Origin: Opitutales bacterium
GTDB taxonomy: Bacteria; Verrucomicrobiota; Verrucomicrobiia; Opitutales; T3Sed10-336
Assembly (NCBI GenBank): GCA_007130045.1
Contig: SLTG01000088.1
Location: forward strand, 24,647 to 88,646
Direction of reading: 5' to 3'
Length of the DNA stretch: 64,000 nucleotides
Below the pieces are notes generated by a model. That model saw nothing but the letters and a program-made list of their open reading frames with translations, made no database searches and was not told the DNA's origin. Below, one piece after another: positions 10,243 through 18,926 of this stretch. The first letter of the stretch is position 1; each line of letters begins with the position of its first letter. The position numbers and the translations under genes are program-made.

Positions 10243-10275
10243 CGGCGCTATGGAGGACACGCGCGGACGCTTTCC
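10243..10275. repeat. Left arm of an imperfect inverted repeat (partner at 12142-12173)
   Basis: cggcgctatggaggacacgcgcggacgctttcc. Its reverse complement recurs at 12142-12173 with a 17-nt perfect core. Confidence 0.7.
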
Positions 10276-10340
10276 GCTCCGTTGAATTCGGGACGAATGC
10301 GGCATTGCGTCATCGCGAATCCCCGTCTTAGGGTAACACC

Positions 10341-11141
10341 ATGCCTAAAATCGCATTCTTCGGGGCCGGACGAATGGCCACGGCAATGGTGCAGGGAATT
10401 CTCGCCCGAAAGGTCTGCGATCCTTCGGACATCATCTGCACGAGCGCGATGGACAACACGGCGGAAACACTGGCGCGGAAGTCGGGCATCAGTTTCAGCC
10501 TGCACCTTCCGGATCTCATGAAGGAGACCTCCATCGTGGTACTCGCCATGAAACCGCAGCAACTCGGGGAACTCCCCCGGGAGGTCGGCGCGGAGAGCGA
10601 GGGAAAACTCGTGATCTCGATTCTGGCGGGAAAACCGTTGAGCGCCCTCCGGGAAAAATTTCCCAGGGCCCGCAACATCGTACGTGTAATGCCCAATACT
10701 CCGGGCCAGATCGGCGCGGGGATCTCTGCGTTTTCCTCTCTGACTTCCTTGTCCGGCGAGGACCGCGAATCGGTGCGGGCTATCCTTGATTCTCTGGGAG
10801 AACGCCTTGAACTGCCCGAGGAGCAGCTCGACGCGGTGACCGGTCTCAGCGGCAGCGGACCGGCTTATGTGTTTGAGTTTATCGCGGGACTGACCGAGGC
10901 CGGCGTCGCCGCGGGACTCGATCATGGAGTTGCCGCGCGTCTAGCATTGAATACGGTGTGCGGCGCCGCGCGGCTCGTTTGGGAGACCGGCGAAAATCCC
11001 GAGGATCTTCGCGACATGGTGACTTCGCCGGGCGGTACGACTCTCGCCGGACTGGAGATGATGAAGGCGGGCGGTTTTCGCGACATCCTTCGCGACACCG
11101 TCCTTGCCGCGACGAAACGCTCAAAAGAACTCGCCCAATGA
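10341..11141 (+). CDS. proC: Pyrroline-5-carboxylate reductase
   Basis: 266 aa with an N-terminal Rossmann motif (KIAFFGAGRMATAMVQGIL), MPNTP and GSGPAYVF...MVTSPGGTT motifs. Confidence 0.9.
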   Translation: MPKIAFFGAGRMATAMVQGILARKVCDPSDIICTSAMDNTAETLARKSGISFSLHLPDLMKETSIVVLAMKPQQLGELPREVGAESEGKLVISILAGKPLSALREKFPRARNIVRVMPNTPGQIGAGISAFSSLTSLSGEDRESVRAILDSLGERLELPEEQLDAVTGLSGSGPAYVFEFIAGLTEAGVAAGLDHGVAARLALNTVCGAARLVWETGENPEDLRDMVTSPGGTTLAGLEMMKAGGFRDILRDTVLAATKRSKELAQ

Positions 11142-12136
11142 ACGCGCTTGAGAAAGGTGCCATCCTCGTGACAGGCGGGGCGGGGTTCATCGGGAGCGCG
11201 TTGGTCTGGCGGCTCAATGAAAAGGGCTTCGACGATATCGTCGTCAGCGACTTTCTCGGAACCGAAGAGAAGTGGAGGAACCTCGTTCCGCTGGCGTTCC
11301 GCGACTACATAGAAGCGGACGAGTTGATCGCGCGCCTGGAATCCGATCCCCCCTGCCTGGGAGAGATCGGGACGGTTTTGCACCTCGGGGCCTGCTCGGC
11401 CACGACCGAAACCGATGCCGGATACCTCGTTCGCAACAATTTCGAGTACACCAAGCGGCTGGCTTCGTGGGCGTTCGAACGCGGAGCACGGTTTATCTAC
11501 GCGTCGTCGGCCGCCACTTACGGAGACGGCGCCAATGGAATGGACGACGACATTGATTCCCTCCAAGCGCTGCGTCCCCTGAACATGTACGGCTATTCGA
11601 AGCATCTGTTCGACCTTTATGCGCGGCGAAAAGGGTGGTTCAAGAAGATCGTCGGATTGAAGTACTTCAATGTTTACGGTCCGAACGAAAACCACAAGGG
11701 CGACATGCGGAGCCTCGTCAATAAGGCATTCGGCCAGATCCTCGAAACAGGAAAAGTCCGGCTTTTCCGCAGTGATAAACCCGAGTACCGCGACGGCGAA
11801 CAGATGCGCGATTTCCTCTACGTCAAGGATGCCGTCGATATGACCCTCCATTTTGCAGAAAATACCTCGGAAGGGGGACTCTTCAATATCGGCTCCGGAG
11901 AAGCGAATACGTGGCTGACTCTCACCGAAGCGATCTTTGACGCGCTCGACCGCAAGCCGGACATCGAGTTCATCGACATGCCGGAGTCGATCCGCGAAAA
12001 GTACCAGTACCACACTTGCGCCGACATCACCCGGCTCCTGGAAACCGGCTACGACGGGAAATACCGGCCGCTTCCCGACGCCGTCGCCGATTACGTCCAA
12101 AACTACCTCGTCCCCGGCAGACACCTCGGCGAGTGA
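11138..12136 (+). CDS. hldD: ADP-L-glycero-D-manno-heptose 6-epimerase
   Basis: The internal ATG at 11138 (ATGA overlap with proC) gives 332 aa. Motifs VTGGAGFIGSALV, YASSAATYG, YGYSK and YFNVYGP..HKG closely parallel E. coli RfaD. The upstream part of track ORF 10958 is Arg-rich and overlaps proC. Confidence 0.9.
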   Translation: MNALEKGAILVTGGAGFIGSALVWRLNEKGFDDIVVSDFLGTEEKWRNLVPLAFRDYIEADELIARLESDPPCLGEIGTVLHLGACSATTETDAGYLVRNNFEYTKRLASWAFERGARFIYASSAATYGDGANGMDDDIDSLQALRPLNMYGYSKHLFDLYARRKGWFKKIVGLKYFNVYGPNENHKGDMRSLVNKAFGQILETGKVRLFRSDKPEYRDGEQMRDFLYVKDAVDMTLHFAENTSEGGLFNIGSGEANTWLTLTEAIFDALDRKPDIEFIDMPESIREKYQYHTCADITRLLETGYDGKYRPLPDAVADYVQNYLVPGRHLGE

Positions 12137-12141
12137 CGCTG

Positions 12142-12173
12142 GGAAGCGTCTGCACATGTCCTCCATAGCGCCG
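12142..12173. repeat. Right arm of the inverted repeat (partner at 10243-10275)
   Basis: ggaagcgtctgcacatgtcctccatagcgccg, the reverse complement of the 10243-10275 element apart from 3 transitions and 1 indel. Confidence 0.7.
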
Positions 12174-12192
12174 CCCCTCGCCCCCCGCCCCC

Positions 12193-12216
12193 CCTGTCCT
12201 CACGGACAGGCCTACC
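12193..12216 (+). repeat. REP-like hairpin element (7-bp stem, TCAC loop, CCTAC tail)
   Basis: cctgtcc-tcac-ggacagg-cctac. Same architecture as the elements at 29.5-29.7 kb and 34.9 kb but with a different, self-complementary stem sequence. Confidence 0.7.
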
Positions 12217-12220
12217 GAAA

Positions 12221-12281
12221 CACCGTCCCTCGCCCCCCGCCCCCCGCCCCACCTGCGCACCGTCCCACCGTCCCACCGTCC
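12221..12281. repeat. C-rich tract with octamer caccgtcc (one isolated copy plus three tandem copies)
   Basis: caccgtcc occurs at 12221 and three times in tandem at 12258-12281. It is embedded in C4-C7 runs spanning 12171-12290. Confidence 0.65.
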
Positions 12282-12401
12282 CGCCGCCGCGCCTCCGGAA
12301 TCCCCGGTTGACAGCAGCGGACGAGGGTATTCTTTGGACTTTATCGGCGGGTTCAAACATGCTTATACTTTCCCGCTGCCTGCAATACGCGTGATTTCAT
12401 T

Positions 12402-14369
12402 ATGGATGTACTCCTGATCGCACTTCTGGCCGGTATCGGATTCATCATAGCCTACCACACCTACGGGCGTTGGTTGGGACGGAAGATTTTCCGCCTTTCG
12501 GCCGAGGCCGTTTGTCCTTCGGAGAGCCAGAAGGACGACGTCGATTACGTCCCGACGAAAAAGTCGATCGTCTTCGGTCATCATTTCACCTCGATCGCGG
12601 CGACCGGCCCGATCGTCGGACCGGCGATCGCCGTGATCTGGGGTTGGCTCCCGGCCTTGCTCTGGGTGTTGCTCGGCTCGATATTCATCGGGGCCGTTCA
12701 TGACATGGGAAGCCTGGTGGTTTCCCTGCGCAACCGGGGACAGTCGGTGGGAGACGTCGCCGGACGGCTGCTCAATCAGCGCGTGCGCCTACTGTTCTTC
12801 GCCGTCCTCTTCCTCGCTCTGTCGATCATTATTGCGATCTTCGGACTCGTTATCGCCGCGGTTTTCCGGCAGTACCCGGCGGCGATCTTTCCCTGTCTCG
12901 TGCAGATTCCCATCGCGATTGGGGTGGGAATCCGGCTGCACCGGAAGGGCGTGGATCTGGTGATTCCTTCGATTCTGGCGGTGACGCTGATGTACTTTAC
13001 CGTGATCGTTGGTGACACCAATTTCAACTTCCCCTTCCTCGGCTGGGCGGCGGGCGAATGGGGACTACACGCGCTCAACCAGTGGTTTGCCAGTTGGCCG
13101 ACGATCGTCTGGGTGGCGGTGCTGCTCGGGTATTCCTACGTGGCGAGTGTGATTCCGGTGTGGGTGCTCCTGCAGCCGCGAGATTACATCAATGCGCTTC
13201 AACTGATTTCCGCGCTGACGCTGGTACTCGTCGGGCTCGTCGTCGCCTCGATGATCGGAGGAGCGCCGGCCGGCGAGGGAGCGGCGCGACAGTCGCTCGA
13301 ACTCAGCGCTCCGATGATCCAATGGAATCCGGCGGGCGCGCCGTTGATCGTTCCCTTCCTGTTCATCACGATCGCGTGCGGAGCGATTTCGGGTTTTCAT
13401 TGCCTGGTCAGTTCGGGGACGAGCAGCAAACAGCTTCGACGGGAAACCGATGCGCAATTTGTCGGTTACGGGGCGATGCTCACCGAAGGATTTCTGGCGA
13501 CGCTGGTAATCCTGGCGTGTGTCGCGGGCCTGGGGCTGGGCGTTGTGGCGGCGGACGGGACAGTACTGACCGGCTCGGAAGCATGGGCCTCGCGTTACGC
13601 GTCGTGGGGAGAAGCGGGCGGTCTGGCGGCGACTGTGGGCGCGTTCGTCGACGGAGCGGGTAATTTCCTGGCGGCTCTCGGGATTCCGGTCGCCGTGGCG
13701 GCGGCGCTGATGGGAGTGTTTGTCGCGTCGTTCGCGGCGACCACGCTCGATACCGCAACAAGGCTGCAGCGGTACGTGGTTCAGGAACTCGCGGCCGCCC
13801 TGAGCGGCAGGCGGCTTGGAGAAGTGGCTTCCGGGGCCGGTTCGGACTCCGGGGCGTTCGCCTCTTTTTTCCGGCTGGGCAACCGCTACACCGCGACCCT
13901 GGTCGCGGTCCTGGTCGCCGGCGCCCTGGCGTCGCTTCCGGGGCCGGGCGCCGAAGCCTGGACCCTGCAGACGGCGGGAGGCGGCGGATTGATCCTCTGG
14001 CCGATGTTCGGAGCGGTCAACCAGCTCATGGCCGGACTGGCTTTTCTCGTGATCGCATTCTGGCTGTGGAGGAGGGGAAGGCCGGTGTATTTTATCGTCA
14101 TCCCGCTGATATTCATGTTGATCGTGCCGGCCTGGGCGATGCTTTGGCAGGCGTTTGTCCAGGCGCCCGGCCAGGAGACGAGTTGGCTGCAGGACGGCAA
14201 TTGGATTCTCCTGTCAATCGGCGTCGCCACGGTAGTCCTCGAAATCTGGATGATCGTCGAGGCAATCAAGCTCTTTCCGCGCGTCAAAGGAGTCGTCGAA
14301 GACAACGCGCCGGATGCGATGCCCACGCAGAGCGCGTCCGGGCGCGTTCCTCGTCGGGCAGGAATATAG
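12402..14369 (+). CDS. cstA: Carbon starvation protein A family (peptide/pyruvate transporter)
   Basis: 655-aa polytopic membrane protein. Its N-terminus (MDVLLIALLAGIGFIIAYHTYGRWLG...HHFTSIAATGPIVGPAIAV.WGW.PA) is typical of CstA. Confidence 0.85.
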   Translation: MDVLLIALLAGIGFIIAYHTYGRWLGRKIFRLSAEAVCPSESQKDDVDYVPTKKSIVFGHHFTSIAATGPIVGPAIAVIWGWLPALLWVLLGSIFIGAVHDMGSLVVSLRNRGQSVGDVAGRLLNQRVRLLFFAVLFLALSIIIAIFGLVIAAVFRQYPAAIFPCLVQIPIAIGVGIRLHRKGVDLVIPSILAVTLMYFTVIVGDTNFNFPFLGWAAGEWGLHALNQWFASWPTIVWVAVLLGYSYVASVIPVWVLLQPRDYINALQLISALTLVLVGLVVASMIGGAPAGEGAARQSLELSAPMIQWNPAGAPLIVPFLFITIACGAISGFHCLVSSGTSSKQLRRETDAQFVGYGAMLTEGFLATLVILACVAGLGLGVVAADGTVLTGSEAWASRYASWGEAGGLAATVGAFVDGAGNFLAALGIPVAVAAALMGVFVASFAATTLDTATRLQRYVVQELAAALSGRRLGEVASGAGSDSGAFASFFRLGNRYTATLVAVLVAGALASLPGPGAEAWTLQTAGGGGLILWPMFGAVNQLMAGLAFLVIAFWLWRRGRPVYFIVIPLIFMLIVPAWAMLWQAFVQAPGQETSWLQDGNWILLSIGVATVVLEIWMIVEAIKLFPRVKGVVEDNAPDAMPTQSASGRVPRRAGI

Positions 14370-14482
14370 GCAGGACGGCAGAGGGATGTGTTGGTTGAAT
14401 CGTGTGGATCCGTGGCCGGTGTACCCAATCGTTTCAACCGCGTTCAAGCGATGAAACGTTGGACGGTAAATGTGGGGGATTT

Positions 14483-15403
14483 TCATCGGGGGCGGGGATT
14501 GTGGGCCACGGCATCGCCGCGGGCTTCGGGGCGGCGGCGCCACTCGGAAGGGGGCGTTCCGGTGATTCGGCGGAATTGCCGGGTGAAATAATTGCCGTCG
14601 CAGAAGCCGGTGCGGAGTCCGATTTCGCTTATGGAGAGATCGGTCCCGCGGAGGAGTCGCTGTGCCTGCCCGATGCGGTAGCGAATCAGGTAATCGAGCG
14701 GGGAGCTGCCGGTCACGGCACGGAATTTCCGCATTAGGGAGGAGCGGGACAGGCACCCGACCCGGCAGAGGGTGGCCACGTCCATCGGTTCGGAATGGTG
14801 CTGCTCGATGTAGCTCAATACCCGGCTCAGTTGTACCGCTCCATTGATGCGGGTTCTGGGTTTTTCACTGTAGCGGCGGGAGAGGAAACCGACCAGGCGC
14901 CGGAAATGGGAGATGGCGAGAAAGCGGTATCCTTCGCGGCGGGTTTCGAGTTCGCTCTCGATTTCGGTGACCATTTCATTTACCCCGGCAAATTCGTCGA
15001 GATCCAGTCGGAGGCGGTTGGGAAACGAACCGATCCGGCGCATGCGCGGCTCGATCTCGAACAGGGCGTAATATCCCGGAATCTCACCGAGATCCCAATC
15101 CACGAAGCCGAGTGCTTCCGCATCGAAGAGTACGTTGATGAGCGAGAGGTTCCGAACGTCCGGGTAGTGGTGGGTCATTGTCCCGGTAAGGACGAAGATC
15201 TCACCGGCGCGGATCTCGTAGTCGAATTCCCCGACCCGGTGGCGTCCCCACCCGTCCAGGATGATGACCAATTCCTGGAAATCGTGGCCGTGGGGATAAG
15301 GACTTGTCCTGTGGCTTTCGATCCGCCGGACGGAGAGGGGAATGCGGGGGTCCTCGAAGACCTGCTTGCGCCGAATTCTGTGGATGGAAGATGAGGAGGA
15401 CAT
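14483..15403 (-). CDS. AraC family transcriptional regulator (N-terminal cupin sensor, C-terminal double HTH)
   Basis: 306 aa. Cupin segment HGHDFQELVIILDGWG. C-terminus SSLMRKFRAVTGSSPLDYLIRYRIGQAQRLL...SISEIGLRTGFCDGNYFTRQFRRITGTPPSEWR. Confidence 0.9.
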   Translation of the reverse strand: MSSSSSIHRIRRKQVFEDPRIPLSVRRIESHRTSPYPHGHDFQELVIILDGWGRHRVGEFDYEIRAGEIFVLTGTMTHHYPDVRNLSLINVLFDAEALGFVDWDLGEIPGYYALFEIEPRMRRIGSFPNRLRLDLDEFAGVNEMVTEIESELETRREGYRFLAISHFRRLVGFLSRRYSEKPRTRINGAVQLSRVLSYIEQHHSEPMDVATLCRVGCLSRSSLMRKFRAVTGSSPLDYLIRYRIGQAQRLLRGTDLSISEIGLRTGFCDGNYFTRQFRRITGTPPSEWRRRPEARGDAVAHNPRPR

Positions 15404-15510
15404 GAATGAACAATGAAACGATCATGCTGATATTTGCGCGCATCGTCAAGGAGACTTGCAGATCGATTGGTTACACTGTAAAGAGATCCAACGCTTCCCT
15501 TCCCAACACT

Positions 15511-16635
15511 ATGGCATTGAAAATCGGCATCACGGGGGTCAAGGGCATCGGCAACACCCATGCCGATGCGTACGCCAAGGACGATCTGGCGGAACTGGTC
15601 GCGGTCTGCGACGTGGTCCGCGAGCGGGCGGACAAGACCGCCGAGACGTATGGCGTGAAGGCTTATTACCGCCTCTGCGACATGCTCGACGCGCACCCCG
15701 ATCTCGACATCGTCGATGTATCGACCGGGGGAGATGAAAACGGGGGTTGGCATTACGAGCCGACGATGGAGGCGCTGGCGGCGGGCAAGCACGTCCTTGT
15801 GGAGAAACCGATTTCCAACCGGATTGAGGAAGCCCGTGAAATGGTGGAATCGGCCGATGAGAAGGACCGCTATCTCGGATGCAACCTCAACCACTATTTT
15901 ACGGAACCGGCGGAACGTGCCGACCGGTTGTTCGCCGAGGGAAAGATCGGGGAGCCGGTCTTCTGTCTGCACCGTATGGGGTTTCCCGGCGGGGAGTTCG
16001 CGTACAAGCCGGTAGGCGGCCCGAACGCCGAGGGATTTCCGTATTTCCATGTGAAGGCCTTCCTGGCGCACCCCTTCGGGATCATGCGTCATTTCTGCGG
16101 GGACATCACCCATGTGCAGGCATTCATGGGACGTCCCGGCTTCCGGCGTCGCGAGACCGATCTTTTGGTCTCGGTGAACAGTATCCATTTGCGTTTCGCC
16201 AGCGGCTGCATCGGCTACCTGTTCAGCCAGCGGGGAGACGCCACCATGGGGCTCGGCGGCTGGTGGTCGCTGGAGGTCGGGGGAACGAAGGGCACGTTCT
16301 GCATTGAGAACTGTGTCGAGAAGATGACCTATTTTCCGGCGCCGGGCGCGGATGGATCGGCTTCTCCGGAGAACCTCGGGCTGGGACAGGCGCCGGAACC
16401 GGAAGTTTTCCATACGGGGGTGAGGGATTTCAAGACGACGTTTCCACGCCGCATCCACGCCTTCCTCGAGGATGTGGCCAACGCGGTGCCGAAGCACCGT
16501 CTGCGGGCCTCCGGACGCGATGCGCTAGCCACGCTTGAATACACCTTCGCCGCAATCGAGTCCTTCGAATCCGGCGGAGCGCTCGTGCGTCCCCATCCGT
16601 TGCCGCGGCGACAGCGTCGCGCGGACGAGGGATGA
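15511..16635 (+). CDS. Gfo/Idh/MocA family oxidoreductase
   Basis: The internal start MALKIGITGVKGIGNTHA gives a Rossmann N-terminus, and EKP is present (VLVEKPISN). The start could be as early as 15406. Confidence 0.8.
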   Translation: MALKIGITGVKGIGNTHADAYAKDDLAELVAVCDVVRERADKTAETYGVKAYYRLCDMLDAHPDLDIVDVSTGGDENGGWHYEPTMEALAAGKHVLVEKPISNRIEEAREMVESADEKDRYLGCNLNHYFTEPAERADRLFAEGKIGEPVFCLHRMGFPGGEFAYKPVGGPNAEGFPYFHVKAFLAHPFGIMRHFCGDITHVQAFMGRPGFRRRETDLLVSVNSIHLRFASGCIGYLFSQRGDATMGLGGWWSLEVGGTKGTFCIENCVEKMTYFPAPGADGSASPENLGLGQAPEPEVFHTGVRDFKTTFPRRIHAFLEDVANAVPKHRLRASGRDALATLEYTFAAIESFESGGALVRPHPLPRRQRRADEG

Positions 16636-16675
16636 GTCCGCCCAACACACGAAGATTTTCAACGATTGTAATCAA

Positions 16676-17476
16676 ATGATGAAACTGGGAGCCAATTCAG
16701 TCCTGTTCGGGGGACATTCGATGGAGACCGCCTTTCGCTGGACCCATGCCGCGGGGTACGACGGGATTGAGATCTCCGCCATCCCCGGAATGAGCGAGCA
16801 TCTCGTCCTCGACCGCTGGCGGGAGTGTGCGCCGGAGATTACGGAACTCTCCGCGAAGTACGGCCTCGCCCTGCTCGCCATGGAGCAGCCGAAGCAAGAC
16901 GAGGCGATTATGAAGACCGCGATGGAAGCCGCCTCGGTGATCGGAATCCCGGTCATCAACTGCGGGCCGGGGGGGAAGAGCGGCGACGAAGATTCCCTGA
17001 AGGAACGGATTGCGTCGTTGAAACGGCTTGCCGCCATGGCGGAGGATCACGGGGTCGTTCTTTGTGTCAAAGCCCATGTGGGTGCGGCGATCGACGATAC
17101 CCCGACTTCTCTGCGCGCCTTGGAGGAAATTGATTCGCCCGCCTTTGGACTGGACATGGATCCGAGCCACATTCACCGCGCGGGCGAAAACCCGGTCGAG
17201 GCCCTCGGCGTCGTAATCGAGCGTATCAAGCATGTCCATATCCGCGACTGCCGCGGGAGGCAGAAGGGACCGGGCAACCCGGAGGACCAGGCCAACGGCC
17301 GCGGGGATATCGACCTCCTCGGGTACGTGCGCGTGTTGCACGAAGCGGGATACGACGGTCCGGTCGATCTCGAGATCATTGGAGCGAAGGAATACTCGGT
17401 CGAGCGGTGTTGTCTCATCGCGGCGGAAGCGCGGGGCCATATGCAGGCCTGCCTCCAGGCCTGCGGCGCCAGGTAA
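16676..17476 (+). CDS. Sugar phosphate isomerase/epimerase (xylose-isomerase-like TIM barrel)
   Basis: The internal start MMKLGANSVLFGG gives 266 aa, with motifs GYDGIEIS, LDMDPSHIH and HVHIRD typical of the AP-endonuclease-2/IolE-type TIM barrel. Confidence 0.75.
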   Translation: MMKLGANSVLFGGHSMETAFRWTHAAGYDGIEISAIPGMSEHLVLDRWRECAPEITELSAKYGLALLAMEQPKQDEAIMKTAMEAASVIGIPVINCGPGGKSGDEDSLKERIASLKRLAAMAEDHGVVLCVKAHVGAAIDDTPTSLRALEEIDSPAFGLDMDPSHIHRAGENPVEALGVVIERIKHVHIRDCRGRQKGPGNPEDQANGRGDIDLLGYVRVLHEAGYDGPVDLEIIGAKEYSVERCCLIAAEARGHMQACLQACGAR

Positions 17477-17510
17477 AGGAAAGAAACCGCGAATCAACCC
17501 GGATTTCAAG

Positions 17511-18926
17511 ATGAATACAGACAAACCGAACATTCTGCTGATCGCGGTGGATTCTCTGCTCTCCACGCACATGAGCACCTACGGTTATCCCCGGCTGACG
17601 ACCCCGCATATCGACCGGTTCGCCCGGGACGCGGCGGTTTTCGAACAGACATTTTCGCCCTTTGTTCCGACCACTTCCGCGTATGCCTCCATGCTCACGG
17701 GCCGGGATCTTTTCGGCACGCAGGTCGTCGCGCTTCGCCACAAGGGTCCCCTGCGCGCCGAAGTGCGCACTTTGCCCGAGATGCTCCGGGAGCACGATTA
17801 CCGGAGCGTCTGCGTCGGCTTCGAGCGGAACCCGTCGAGCCGGGGCTTCGATGAATACCTTCAATATCCGGCGTGGGAAAAAATGGACGCCGACGGGCGC
17901 ATGCCCAAAGCCGGAAATCTCAACGACGTTTTTTTGCCTTGGCTCCGGAACGCGGTTCGGACGGGGGACCGGTGGTTCGCCTTCCTCCGGCACATGGATC
18001 CGCATTCGCCCTACCTGCCACCCAAACCCTTCGACCGGATCTTCTATCAGGGCGACGAGCGCGACCCGTCGAATCGGTCCATGGACCCGGTGCGCGCCTT
18101 CGCTCCCTTCGCCGACTATTTCGCCTCCTGGATTCCGGAAGACGTCACCGACAAGGACTACGTGATCGCGCAGTATGACGGGGCCATCGCTTACATGGAC
18201 GCCTGCATCCAGTGGATCTTCGCTTTGCTTGAAAGGGAGGGAGTCCTCGACGAGACCCTGGTCGTATTGAACGGCGACCACGGCGAGACCCTCTACGACC
18301 ACGAGTGCTGGTTCGATCACCACGGGATCTACGATGTCTGTCTCAAGGTGCCGCTCATCATCCGCTACCCCCGTCGCGTTCGCCCGGGTGCCAGGGTGTG
18401 GGGATACAATCAGCACAAGGATCTCGTGCCCTCGATTCTGGACCTTGCCGGAATTACGGTGGAGGACGCCTTGGACGGGCGTTCGGTCGTGAGCCTGCAC
18501 GATGGCGGGGAGGCGAGTTTCGAGTCTTCGTTCTACCTGACAGAATGCACCTGGATGCGCAAGCACGGCTGGCGCACGCCGCAGTGGAAACTTATTGTCG
18601 CGCTGGAACCGGACTTCCACTTCAAACCGGAAGTGGAGCTTTACAACCTCGTCGAAGACCCCGGGGAAACCGTGAATCTCGCCGAAGAACGCCCGGACGT
18701 GGTCGCGCAATTGAAGGAGGAAATGGAGGCCCACATCGCCCGCAGGGAGAGCGAAACCGGACTTTCCAATCCGGTGCGCAACCAGCCCGGCTGGCACGGG
18801 ATCAAGGGAATTGATTACTTTACTTCGAGCCAGCAGGCCTACGATAACCTTCACATCGGCAGCCGGAAGCAGGCCCGCGGTTTGCAGGCGAAGGAGACGG
18901 GGGAAGACAAGGAAAAGGGCGGATGA
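17511..18926 (+). CDS. Sulfatase-fold (alkaline-phosphatase superfamily) enzyme lacking the formylglycine motif; no signal peptide
   Basis: The start MNTDKPNILLIAVDSL gives 471 aa. Sulfatase blocks are present (PNILLIAVD, ASMLTGR, MDPHSPY, NGDHGE), but the C/S-x-P-x-R position reads T-T-S-A-Y. Confidence 0.8.
   Translation: MNTDKPNILLIAVDSLLSTHMSTYGYPRLTTPHIDRFARDAAVFEQTFSPFVPTTSAYASMLTGRDLFGTQVVALRHKGPLRAEVRTLPEMLREHDYRSVCVGFERNPSSRGFDEYLQYPAWEKMDADGRMPKAGNLNDVFLPWLRNAVRTGDRWFAFLRHMDPHSPYLPPKPFDRIFYQGDERDPSNRSMDPVRAFAPFADYFASWIPEDVTDKDYVIAQYDGAIAYMDACIQWIFALLEREGVLDETLVVLNGDHGETLYDHECWFDHHGIYDVCLKVPLIIRYPRRVRPGARVWGYNQHKDLVPSILDLAGITVEDALDGRSVVSLHDGGEASFESSFYLTECTWMRKHGWRTPQWKLIVALEPDFHFKPEVELYNLVEDPGETVNLAEERPDVVAQLKEEMEAHIARRESETGLSNPVRNQPGWHGIKGIDYFTSSQQAYDNLHIGSRKQARGLQAKETGEDKEKGG

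Noticed and set aside
10958-11137. N-terminal extensions offered by the ORF track for hldD (10958), the isomerase (16535), the sulfatase-fold gene (17232), hemA (to 31558), kamA (33520), M32 (to 46714), waaA (to 54737) and others.
   Set aside because: The extensions overlap the preceding gene, are Arg/Ser/Pro-rich and precede the point where family homology starts. Internal ATGs that give canonical N-termini, often with ATGA coupling, were preferred.
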